Positions 51,541-64,000 of a stretch of 64,000 bases of DNA are shown here, piece by piece. Position 1 is the first letter of the stretch; every line of letters begins with the position of its first letter. The translations under genes were made by a program, and so were the position numbers. The notes beneath the pieces are model-generated. The model was not told the DNA's origin. It did not search any database and worked only from the letters and a program-made list of their open reading frames with translations. Source of the DNA: the human T2T-CHM13v2.0 reference genome, Homo sapiens; assembly GCF_009914755.1 (NCBI RefSeq), contig NC_060927.1. One strand, given 5' to 3'.

Positions 51541-52911
51541 AGGAAGTACAGTATGAAGAAGACAAAATGGTGGGACTAAAAGGAGATTTAGCACATGCAC
51601 TTCTACCCAAATGTGTTTTGTGTACATGATATTACCAAGCCCATGCAAATATGCATAGATTATAGATTTGCTTGGATCTAAGCCTTTTGCATATTCAGTC
51701 TAGTTGCTATGAACACAAACCTGACAGAGTTGACAGAAGGAAAGCAAGCTGGGGATCACAATCCAACAAGCCACATCTTTATTTTTCACTTCCACTCCCC
51801 AGAGCCCAGGCTCTGAAAGACTGTGGCTACGACTGGTTCAATTTCCCATGAGTGCACCAAACAGTACTATCAGAACTCCTGTGACCAAGCCAAAAGTTGG
51901 GGCTGACTTTGTGTAGAAAGATGTCCTCTTTCATTACATCCGGAAATACTGAGGAGAGCTCAGGGATGCTTTCCCTTCCTGTCCTGTGTGGAAGCCAGGC
52001 TGGGAACCAATCACTACCCTGCAAATGATGGCTACATTCCTCAGTCATTGTGCTCTTGGCAAAATATCAGTCTGAACAAAAATGAAATAGGAAAAATGCC
52101 AGGAACCTTGGGGTATTCCTATCTTCTGAGAGCAACTGGTTTGAGAGCTCAGAAACATTGACTCTTTCTAGCCAAGGCCTATACAAAACCAGAGGCAGAA
52201 TCCTATAGGATATCTGAAGGAACCCCACTCTATTGGAAAGATAAGCATAGTATGCACAGCTTTAAAGGAGGAGTTTCTATTTTTAGGACTAAAAAAAAGT
52301 CAGTGCATCTTCAGCACTATCTACTGCATTCCTGAGAAATGCCAGGGGAAAAGAGCTAACCTGGCTCACTTTAAAAAATGCCCTGGAAGATGGAGTATTA
52401 CCAATCTCTTCCCCCTAGGGGAGGGCCAGAGCTGTAGCCCTGCTCTAGTTATTTAATACAATAACACTTCTTTCATACACCTAACTGAGCTGTATGTTAT
52501 GAAAAAATTTTAAAAAAGCATATGGAAAACAAATGCTATCAACTTGATCTAAAACAGCATTCTTTTCTTTTTAATCTTAGCATCTCAGCCTCGCCCGTAT
52601 CGCATGAATAGCACCGTAGACACGAGGTAAAGTTAACTGACTCAGGAAAGCTCTTAGGAGAGCCCATCAGCACAAAGGAATTGATTCAGGCTGCAGAAAG
52701 CAAAGGAAAGAGGCCTGGTGGGGCAAGCTGGTTCAAGAGAGGGACCATAAATGCATTTTAAAACAAAAAAAATAAAGTATCCTCATTCAAGAGACAGAGC
52801 AATGAAACAAACACCCAACCAGAGAAAACTCAAGTAGATTGTGGATAGTCGGCCTCCCACTAAGGGTAACACCTCAAGAGAGAGCTAAATCAGAACAGGT
52901 TTTGGAAAAAT

Positions 52912-52917
52912 TTTATT
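52912..52917 (-). terminator. ZDHHC3 proximal poly(A) signal (AATAAA on -)
   Basis: tttatt on + about 1.5 kb past the canonical stop, with a U/GU-rich region downstream on -. Confidence 0.55.
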
Positions 52918-54415
52918 GCATTTTGTTTCCATGTGGAAGCACTGACAGAATTGAAAAGTGGCAGCATGTTCCACTTACTTTTCTGAAAAATCACATGGCT
53001 AGATTAACTTTCGCCCTACCCAGGACAGGATTGAATAAACCTTAACTCCTACCCCCACCCCAAGCAAAAGCTAAAAAAGGGGGTTTCTGGCAATTGCTTA
53101 AAAAACAAATCAATGTGTGAGAATTCCCCGATGGTCAATAATCATATTTGTTATTTTTGCACTTGGAGGGCACTCCCTACCTCCTTCACCTCTATCCACC
53201 ATCACCACCTCCTTCAAACAAGACTGACACAGGAAGTGCCTCTCAAATGGAAAATCTATTCTGTCCCAGTGCCACAGGCTTAGGTGTGTCTGTGGATTCT
53301 GGCCAATGGGATGGCCATATGTCAACTTTGAAAGGGTGGGGACTGTGAGGTAACCCCAGCATCATGGTCATCTCCATGCCAGGACAACAGTCTCCCAGGT
53401 TAAAATATAGATAAGACACAGGTACGTGCACATTTATGGGGGTTAACTATCAGAAAGTGAATCCACTTTGAGGTTTATAAAATGAGAAGGGGATGATGGT
53501 GGGGCTGTATGTGTTGGGCACTGGTGCCTATTGCAGTCAGAATTCACACTGCTTAATTGACATCTTGCTGGGGAAGAGAGGGAGATGGGGTGGTGAGAGA
53601 GGAAGCAGATGAAACAAAGGAAAACGTAGCTTGCCTGAAATTGTGTAATTTTTTTTCCTCTTGATTGTATAAGGCATTTTGAACTGGAAAAACGTCTTTC
53701 CTACACACTCTTCCAAATAATCACAGGGAATATAATTGCTGATTCAGAATACAAATAAGACCTCTTTCATCTTTCTCCCCACTCCCCCGCAAAATCATTC
53801 TACACACCCCAAGCCCATAAAGTACAAGGCAGGCAATTGCTTTGCGAGTTAGCAGGCAAACCGTGTCCACTTGGGGGATGAGGTCGCTGTGCCAAGGTCC
53901 CTTCTGATCCTGCCCTTCTCAGGCCTCAAGGGGTAAGCATCCATCTTCGGTGAGGTTTTATGTCCCATCGGGGAGCCCGCCACTGCCTCCTGGGCAGTGG
54001 GAGGTCAGGGCCCTCCTGGCTTTCCCATGCATCCCCCACCAGGTGTCCAGACTATTCCATCCACGCACAGCGTCATGTCTCACTCAGTTAGTAGAATGGG
54101 CACAGCGCGAGACAGCGCCCTCTACATTAGTCATGCCAGACAGACAGCAGAGAGAAACCAGAGGCCAGAGAAGTGATTTTAAAAGGAAAAGAGAGCAGCT
54201 TCGGTCACCAAAAGAAATCGAAAGGATGGTTTTTAAAAAATAAAATGTGGGGACTTTTTTTTTTCTCTGCAATGCTCAGCCATTTTACTTGAGACATAAA
54301 AAAAGTTTTAAGAGTAGTTGTTTTGCTTTTTCGATTTAAACATTCATGAGAACGGATGGGACGGTAGTGCTGTGGTGTGGACTTGTGTCTGAGTGGCCAT
54401 GCCGGTCGGGGTCCT

Positions 54416-54574
54416 TCAGACCACATACTGGTACGGGTCTGCCTTCCCTTGGTCTGGCGTGGCAAAGGGGCTGGCCCAGCCTAGAGAGAAGGGGTGGCCA
54501 AAAACGGCTTTCATGTTCATCCATTTTGTTTTTTTAGCCCATCTTCTCTCTTCCTTTTTCAATTGTTCTATTCC
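54416..54574 (-). CDS. ZDHHC3: ZDHHC3 canonical terminal coding exon
   Basis: ttttcag|GGA ATA GAA...GTG GTC TGA; 52 aa [37 protein letters not shown]...YQYVV. Confidence 0.96.
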   Translation of the reverse strand, partial: GIEQLKKEERRWAKKTKWMNMKAVFGHPFSLGWASPFATPDQGKADPYQYVV

Positions 54575-57500
54575 CTGAAAACAAGAACAATCATACTTTC
54601 AGTCAAGCACTGCATTGCTGTGGTTTCTGGGGAGGGATGTCCGCAGCGACAGGTGAATGGAGTAAATGTTTCCTTTTTAAAGCAACAAAGCTATCTACCT
54701 AATATATCTTTCTCATAAAAAGTGTTACTAAAAAAATTTCTCCTTTTTTTGGTGGGCACTCATTCACAAGTCCCTCCAAGAAGGGAGGGAAAAAGAAGCA
54801 CTATCAGCAGCGCAGAAACTGCTGCTTGTAAGTATGCCAGGCCGGGGTGTGTCGCTAAGATAAGGAGCGCGTCTCTCCAGCCCTGGCCCCTTGTTGAGCT
54901 CTGCAGAGGCACTCTTCAGAAACTCTGTGCTGGGCTGTGGATGGAGTACTATGAAGGCTTTGGCGTGAGAGGCCTCAGAGCTGTTGGGGAGCTCGCAATC
55001 ATCATAACCAATGATGGCCATTAATTTGGGATAGGTTCCTAGGAAGTTTGAAGCTACCATGACCACCTTGCAGACAAAAAAAAAGTAACAAATCAAATGA
55101 CTGCTCTGGCGTTGTGTGTCTCACCAGCCTGGGGGATCAAGCAGCACCCCGCTTAGTGGGCCTGGTGAGACACAAACTGAGAAGGTTGAATAGGAGTGAC
55201 AGACCACGAATGAGGGGAGAAGTCACCAGAGGAGGAAGGAGGAGGGATTAGTACAGGTTAGAGGGTGGCATGGCCAGGCCAGCCAGCATGGCATGGCAAA
55301 GGTCCTCCTAGTGGCTCCTTTGGGGAGAAGCATGGCGCAGACCTATGCAGCAGCTGTCACGGAGCCAGCGCTGCTTCCCCTGCTAAGTCTCAGGAAAAAA
55401 CTGGGGCTGGGGAAAGAGCTGCTTCCTCCCTCTCTCTCTTCTTCAGATGGAGCTGGTCAAAGGGCAGGGCTTGAGAACGGGGCCCCTGCCCAGAGGGAAA
55501 GGACAGGAGCAGCCTGGCAGAAGCCTGGCCAGGGGTCTGTCTGCTGTGGTCTCTAGTAAAGGGGTGCTGGGAGGACAGCTGAGTCTGGGTCTTTCTTCAC
55601 AGCCTAGGGACCTGGGAAGGGCACAGGCCAAAGGGAAGACACCCCTTCCCAGGTGGGGCAGGGCCCTCCAGCTTTCTCCTTTCCTTCCAACACAATTCTC
55701 TTTAGGAATGGTCTTCTCAGGGAAGAACGGCTAGGACTGGGGCCGTGAGAGCTTGCCTTCTGGCTCCCCCAGACCGTGGCCCGGCAGTATCCCAATGGCA
55801 GACTGGTCCTGAAAGAATCCCCATCGGGTTCCCCGTATATCTTACGTAGAGAAGTTGGTCACGGTTACTGCTTGGATACAGGGCTGGATCTATACCATTG
55901 GCTACTAGTTTTACAGAAACTCTTTTGCAATGACATCATTTCTTATAAAAGAAAAAAAGTTGCCAAAAGCCCCGCAACCTTCTAAAAGTTGCCGGAAGAC
56001 CCGAATAATGGTGCTCTGGCAGTGGGCAGCACTGTCCCTTCTTTTCTTTGCACGTCCTCCTCTAAGCCCACAGGGGAAGGCGCCCAGCAGCAGTGGGAGG
56101 ATGTTGTCATCCTATGAGCCCGCTTCTAATGCTGACTACCCTGAGGCCCAAACCTTCACCCAGAGCCCTAGACCACTGGTGAAAGCTGACCCTGAGGTGG
56201 CCTCAGGACACCAGGAATCGTACCGGGATGGCTCTCAACCTCATGGCTCTGCTTGTTCCTCACACCCAGAGCTAAGTGCCACCCCTTCTTCCTATGTAAA
56301 TCCCCAGAGAAATGCCCATATTGCAGCCAGGGATTGACCACCTTGAGGTTTTCAGACACCTTAGGAAGGTCAGGAGACAGCAGTAGGGGCACCAAGGGAG
56401 TAGGCCCCAGTCTGGCACAGCCAGCAGCCTCAAAGCTTCCAGCGAAGATGCTGTGGGTAGATGGGAGGTGATGGTAGGGGTGAGGAGAAGGCAGCGGATG
56501 AGGACCAGGGCTGGGCCAGACAGAGATGACCCAGAGGCCAGGTAAAAGCCTGCTGCCCTGGGGGCTCAAGGCAGACCTGTCTCCTGACTCTGCCCTCAGG
56601 ACCCAGGCATGGCTGGCAAGCTGACCTGCCTGTCCCAGCTGGGTTAGGGCACCCTGTCAACCACTCTATTTCAAGCCTGTGGCCCCCAGATGGGAAGGGT
56701 GCCCTCAGTGCCTAGTGGAGTGTCTAATGCAGTACAGTATAAAGGAAGACCTGCCATGGGGGGGATGGAAGGAAATGTGGTAAAGGCAGCCTTTCAGCCA
56801 CGGCTGCTGGGCCGCACTCCTGGTGTGATCTGCTATGGCTGCCCCAAGGCTGGAGGACTTGTGTGTGGATGAAGATGACCCAAGTGTAACTGCAAACAAA
56901 GAACTGTGCCCTGCACACCAGGGGCCTGACCACTGGGCTCCAGTCTGACTGTGAGCAGCTCTCCCAGCAACACTGACCCTGGGTCCTCCCCATCCCCAGG
57001 TGTGGAAATGGTGGGCAGAGCCACCTGCTTACCGTCTCATCTGTGCAGATGGAGTGCACCTGGGTCCCAAACATCACTGATGTGAAAATGAGGAAGAGCA
57101 GGCCCTCAAAGCACAGCAGGATAAGGAGAATCACTGTGGTGGGTGGAGAGAAGGAGCTGCACTCTGAAAGAGAAGCAGCACACAGGGATTGGTACTGTCA
57201 CCCACTGCCTGCTGCCCAGGCTCACTGCCCCACTAGGCGCCCACTCTGCCTCCTGCTTGCAGGCCTTCATTCCTCCTGGGTGCCATAGGTCTCTGGCCTC
57301 CAGGCTACGGTGAGAATCATCCTGGCCCACACTGGCTATCTCTCAATCCCTCAGGGAGGCCTCCTCAACAGGCCAGGCCCCAGCCAGGGCTTCCCTTCCC
57401 TAACACAAATCATTCCTTGTTCACTGCCCCCAGTGCCAAGCACAGTGCCTGACACATGGAAGGGCCCAGGAAGGCCTCTGAAGTGAGGCATGAACGCCTG

Positions 57501-60500
57501 ACGACACCACAGGGGACCCTGCTCTCCTCAGAGAGCACAATGCAGGTACACAGGTGGAGAGGCCTGTCCAGTCCTGCTATGGCCATAGGTTTTCTGGGCA
57601 TTCCTGTATGACGTGCTGCCCCTCTGTGCCCCATCAGCTCACAGGCAGCTGTGGAGGATCACTTGGTGGCTTTGGGATTTTAAGCTTGGCAGGGGCAGCT
57701 GAACTACTGGGTCTCAGCCTTGACCACAGTGTGAGGTAATGCACTGCCCCCGCTCCCAGGGACATTTGCAGCACCGAGGCCAACAGTGCCAAAGGCCAGG
57801 GAGTCGACCAAAGAGGCATGGGCCCAGAGTAGGCACTTTCACTGTCCTGGCCTCCAGCCCCGGGGACCTGAGGCCAGTCCTGCCATCTTCAGGCCTCCAC
57901 CCACTGCACTGTGAAGCAGTGAGATTTGACTAGAGGTATGGTTTGCTTTTAAGCAGAATCTTTTGTCTGAACAAAGTCTAAGTCAGAAACCCAGCGCATG
58001 GAAGAGAAAGGCAAAGGTGCTGTGGAGATGGTGGGGGTGAGCAGGGAGGGGAAGGCCCTGAAGCAAGGTGGCCTGGGAAATGCCAGGCCTGGAAGATGGT
58101 GCTGACAGACAGGCTAGGCCCCTTGGTTGGCACTCTTCACCTAAGGACTTCTGTGCCTCAGTGCAGCGGCCCATGCTGGCTGAGCCTGGGCTGTGGTTTA
58201 TTTCTCGTTGCTTCCATACTTGTGCCTGTTTCCCTGGCTGGAAAGATCAGATCCTGGAGGGCAGAGTCGGGCTTCATTAATTCTGGGAATTAAGGGAGTA
58301 AGCACTCCATCCAAGCTGTCCTGCTGGCTCCCCCACGGGAATGTCAGGAGGGGCAAGGGAGGTCAAATGTGGGAATGAGCTTGGAAAGATACCAAGCACC
58401 ATGTGGGTGACAGGTAAGAAACATCTCATCCACAATGCATATCTCCTCAGGTTTCCCTGGGAACTTATCGATGCCTCAGAATGATTTCTCTTCTTGGCTC
58501 CTTGTGGGGCAGGGCTTGGTTGGGGTGGCCACCAGCCTGATGGGCTGGCCGTGGGTGGCTACAAGTATGGGTGGCCTTGGGCTGGGCAGGGTATTGGGGA
58601 GAATGAGAGGCTCTGACATCTGGCAGACACCACGAGGTACAAATCCTGGCACCAATTCCTGATCATGAGCTCTAACTACAAGGCCCATACTAATATTCTG
58701 TTCCAGCCCCTGTGTCTTTCCTGTCCTTTGCATTGTGGAATTACCTGTTTCTTTCTGTACTGGTTTGATAGGTGCCTCTCCCACTACACTTCAAACTCCA
58801 GGAGCGGGGAGACTTTGTTTTGCTTACTGCTGTACAACCAGCCTTGGGACAGTGCCTGACAACAAAAGGATCTGGGCAAGAGGTTTGGGCTTTCTGAGAT
58901 TTTGTTTTCCTTTCTGTACAGGGGAATACTTAAGAATTCATGAAAGAACATCTGCACAGTTCGGCCTTGGCCTGGCAGGAGCACATGGGGGTGCCTGCTG
59001 GACAAAGCACCTCCTTCTTACCTACCTCTGCTGCCCTGGAGCTGGTGGAAGAGCCCAGGGCCATGGCCTATTCTCCCTCCTTGCAAAGCAGCAAGCATCA
59101 TTCCTCTGTAGGCTGGGCCCCAGGAATTACCAATGGAGTTTGGGGAGGTAGGAATCAGATCAGGGAGTGTGGAACCACCTCCCTACCCTTCTTTAAATAT
59201 CAACTCAAAGTGCCCTAATCCTGGGGGACAGCCCTCTGCCCCCACTCACACCAGCTCCTATGGCCCAACAGCTCCACCAGGGCTGAGCAGTGAGGGCAGT
59301 AATGGTCATATACAGTCAACTCTCAGGCCTCAACTTTGGGTACTGACCTGTGCCTTCCCAGCCTAGCTGCCATAGAAGCTGGGTGCCTGAAGCTCACTCC
59401 ATCAGGAATTTTGACCACAGTTAATCAAGAGCATGGCTGGGAGGACCCTGACCACTGGAGTCAACCAGACAGGGCTAAAAATCTTGCTCCAGACCTAGGC
59501 TTGAACTACAGACCCTCTTGTTAGCTGAGTGATCCTGGAAACTTGTTCATCCTCTGTGAGCCACAGCTTTTGTCATCTGCAAAGTGGGAAGCATCTCTCC
59601 TACCTTGCAGGCTTGTTATAAGGGCGAAACAATGCACTGCTCAAAAAGCCCTTTGGGCCATTCCTGGCTCCCAGTAGGCATTAATGCAATGGTGCCTTCC
59701 AGCACCATTACAACAACAGGGACATTTTGCCTCACTGACAGTCTGTGCTACCCCTATCACCTGCCCAAGTCTGTTAACTTGACGAGAGGTGGGAGGTGTT
59801 TGGGATGATAAAATATCCTAATTGGACTCCCTTGTCAAGTAACCAAGGCCACATCTGGAGTAGATCTGGTTCCCCAGGCCTAGCAGAAGGCATGTACTTC
59901 AGAATGCTCACCAAGTGATCAGGAACTTGCTGGCGACTCACCTAGATATGCAGAATGGCAAGTTCTGCACATACCCACTCACCCCTACCCTCCTCTCCTA
60001 TCTCTATTGTCTGCTGGCTTGACCTCTGCCATTTGACTTATGCCAGAATTGTGGGAAGAAGTCAGCATGTATAGGAAGAGCAAAAGTTCTAAAGACAGTG
60101 AAATAAAAAAAAGGAGGCCCATGGAGGGAAAAGCTTAGGAAATACAATGTTCCTTGCTCAAGACGTTTGTCTCACAGATTGTGAGTATGAAAGAGCCAGC
60201 CCAGCAGGTGGCCTCTTATTTCTTTTCCTCCAGCATCTATTGTTTTCCTTCAGGATCTGTGCAATCTTCTGGCTGGAGTTTCTCCCTCAGTATTTGCACA
60301 TTTCAGTGGGAAGCCTCTAAAGCAGGAAGAATTATCTACAATCTTAATGTAAATTCACGATTATCAGTGTAAGCAGTTAAAAAACACCATCACAAAAACC
60401 AAAGAAATTAATAAAGAAACTCCATGTCCTAGCCAGAAAGTAAAAAATGAATCTCTGCAAGACTGGAATAAAATGATCTTTGATTTAAGTGCCTCATGGA

Positions 60501-61711
60501 AAGACAGAAAACAAAACTTCTCTCCCAGCATGGCTCCCACGCATTGGAACCGGCCTCTGTGCTTGCTTGGGGCCTGCATTCTCCCTGGGCACGCTCAGTC
60601 CAGAGGGTCTGTCTGTCCAACTCATGACTTTACCTGTCGAACTGAAGTTAAGGGGCTGCATTTTTTCATGAAGAGAGATTCCAGTCTCTGCCATTTCTTC
60701 CCTGTTCAGTCCATAGGCTTTCAGGAGATTTAATAAAATGAGGTTGGCCCCTGGCACCATGAAGGAAACAAAGAGCCTCCCCGCCCCCCACTCAGGTCAC
60801 ACACCCACCCTGGAGCAGGGAGGAAAGCCTCAGCACATACTCACTTGTCCAATCTTCTTCAAAGCAATGCAGGAAGTGGAATCCCACCATGATGAGGGCG
60901 TGCAAGGAAATGAGAGCTATGTACATCTGAAACAGGAAACCAGTGCAGACACCATTGTTGTGAGAATCCTCTGACCTCACGGGCTCCCGGGACAGGGGCA
61001 CTCAGAATTTGCCACTCAGGAACACTTAGTCAGGACAAGGCCTGACCAGGAGGGACCAGAGGGCCAGCTAGCGATTCCCTACAGATCCGTCTACCCACCA
61101 GCCCTGGGTCAAGTGAGCAGCCACCTCCGGGAGTACGTGGAACCAGAACAGAAGCAAGCCCGTCACCAGGCATGACCTGGGCTCCAGGCAGTATGAGCTG
61201 CCTGGGCGGGGGGTTCAAGCCTGCTGTACCTCCTCCCTTGAAAAGCCAGGGTGCTGACTGCTGAGGGCCCTTCTAGTCCTTGCACTAAGTAGACTCCACC
61301 TACCTGCACCTCAGGATTTGAGGTCATCACCCAAACTGCCTTCTTGAGCTACTTAGGTCCAACACTTGGAATGGGAGCCCAGAATACAGCCCTTGCTCAT
61401 AGCTAATCAACTGAAATCAATTTTCTAAACGCTCAAGTGAAGGGCTTAGGTACAGGCACTTGTTGAGCCAGAGAGATCTTTGGCAGGAAGGCAGAGATCT
61501 ACAGGGCCAGGCAGTATTCTGAGCAAAGAACATCGTGAATGCTGAGAATTTTCAAAGGAACAAAGTGCTCCATTGCTTCATGGGGGGCAGGGCAGAATTT
61601 GCAAGCTGACTTACTGTAAACAGGACGAAGTACTTCTGGTTGTTCTCGCCTACACAGTTGTTGACCCAGGGACAGTGGTGGTCCATCTTCCGAATGCACC
61701 GCTTACAAACA
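54416..61711 (-). CDS. ZDHHC3: Palmitoyltransferase ZDHHC3 (GODZ), 3' coding exons; 5' exons lie beyond the window
   Basis: Exons 61615-61711, 60845-60926, 57033-57163 and 54416-54574 splice in frame to ...[28 protein letters not shown]...CTDETGIEQLKK...ADPYQYVV*. Confidence 0.97.
57033..57163 (-). CDS. ZDHHC3: ZDHHC3 exon encoding TM4
   Basis: cag|AG TGC AGC...GAG ACG|gtaagc; [43 protein letters not shown]. Confidence 0.96.
60634..60717 (-). CDS. ZDHHC3: ZDHHC3 alternative 84-nt cassette exon (28-aa insert)
   Basis: aag|CC TAT GGA...ACA G|gtaaag; [28 protein letters not shown]; phase 1-1; matches my recollection of the 327-aa isoform. Confidence 0.8.
60845..60926 (-). CDS. ZDHHC3: ZDHHC3 exon encoding TM3
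   Basis: [27 protein letters not shown]; cag| acceptor, |gtgagt donor. Confidence 0.96.
61615..61711 (-). CDS. ZDHHC3: ZDHHC3 DHHC-motif exon
   Basis: Minus strand cag|T GTT TGT AAG...TTT ACA|gtaag; DHHC codons at 61672-61683. Confidence 0.97.
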
Positions 61712-62227
61712 CTGAAACAGCCCACAGGTCAGACCTTTAGGGCATCCCCATGGTGTTGGGAGGGCCCCGGGGGAACGCAGAACCCATGGCTCCTGCTCCA
61801 CTCCTCTGAAATGGCTTCCTTGGGCACTGCCAGGGGTTTTGCTGGGTGTGTGTCACGTGGGGCTTGGGAGGCAGGGTCAGGACCCCAGGGGTGGCAGTCA
61901 TTCCAAACGGGTACAGAGTCATTCTCCAAAGCCCCTTAGCTTAACACATACATAGGACGGAACTGACATGGTTACATGGCTAAGATAGAACCTGCTCTCC
62001 TGAAGTAATGGGGCTTACGATTTGGTTTCCCGAGAGAAAAAGAATGAAGCAGTTTCAAAAACTTGACCAAGTGGGCTAAGATTTGGAGAATGGCTGCTAC
62101 CTATTTCCCCAAAAGACCAAACCACCAAGGGATGGGTGGAAGTTCTAGAAGCACTATGAGGTGCTACCAGGGAGGGCCAGGTACCTCCACCATGGAAGGA
62201 CAAAGGACAGAAGAGAGGGCTATTTCA

Positions 62228-62644
<417 letters not shown>

Positions 62645-62679
62645 TCATTTGAGCTTAACTGTCGACCAGATCAGTTCAT

Positions 62680-63484
<805 letters not shown>

Positions 63485-64000
63485 TGGGGAAAAGACTCCC
63501 TATTCAATAAATGGTACTGGAGATAACTGGCCAGCCATATGCAGAAGGTTGATGCTGGACCCCTTCCTTACACCATATACAAAAATCAACCCAAAATGGA
63601 TTAAAGACCTAAATGTAAAACCCAAAACTATAAAAACCCTGGAAGACAATGTAGGCAATACCATCCTGGACATAGGGCAAAGATTTCATGACAAAGATAC
63701 CAAAAGCAATCGCAACAAAAGCAAAAATTGACAAATGGGATCTACTTAAACTAAGAAGCTTCTGCATAGCAACAGAAACTATCAACAGAGTAAACAGACA
63801 ACCTACAGAATGGGAGGAAATATTTGCCAACTATGCATCTGACAAAGGTCTAATTATCTGGCAACTATAAGGAAATTAAACAAATTTACAAGAGAAAAAC
63901 AATCCCACTAAAAAGTAGGCAAAGGACATGAACAGACACTTCAAAAGAAGACATACATGTGGCCAAGAAGCATATGAAAAAAAAGCCCAATATCACTATC
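63485..64000 (+). mobile_element. 5'-truncated primate L1 (L1PA/PB), ORF2 3' region; continues beyond the window
   Basis: Translates to L1 ORF2p motifs ([12 protein letters not shown]...[13 protein letters not shown]; [16 protein letters not shown]...) with frameshifts. Confidence 0.92.

Overview
Human (primate) genomic DNA, recognisable as the TGM4-ZDHHC3 locus (3p21.3, from memory). The + strand carries the complete 14-exon TGM4 gene (prostate transglutaminase). Its exons splice GT-AG into a 2055-nt CDS (684 aa plus stop) with the Cys268/His327/Asp350 triad, and it is preceded by a GC-box/CATAAA promoter and a processed cyclophilin A (PPIA) pseudogene with target-site duplications. The - strand carries the 3' half of ZDHHC3 (DHHC palmitoyltransferase): the DHHC exon, two transmembrane exons, an 84-nt cassette exon, the canonical terminal exon (ending YQYVV), a second homologous terminal exon about 8.5 kb downstream, and a long 3' UTR converging on TGM4. 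The rest is Alu, L1, L2/MIR, MaLR/ERV LTR and DNA-transposon sequence plus a C-rich VNTR. There is no CRISPR, rRNA or tRNA. The most notable observations are: (1) an in-frame, stop-free 135-nt exon candidate in an antisense fossil Alu monomer in TGM4 intron 1 that would give TGM4 a signal-peptide-like N-terminus; (2) a ~240-bp local duplication that places one copy in the TGM4 3' UTR and the other antisense in the ZDHHC3 3' UTR, so the two mRNAs could base-pair; (3) duplicated alternative ZDHHC3 C-termini; (4) two apparent templated insertions inside Alus; (5) a palindromic, bidirectional poly(A) signal between the genes. Repeat boundaries and subfamilies were assigned by eye and are approximate.
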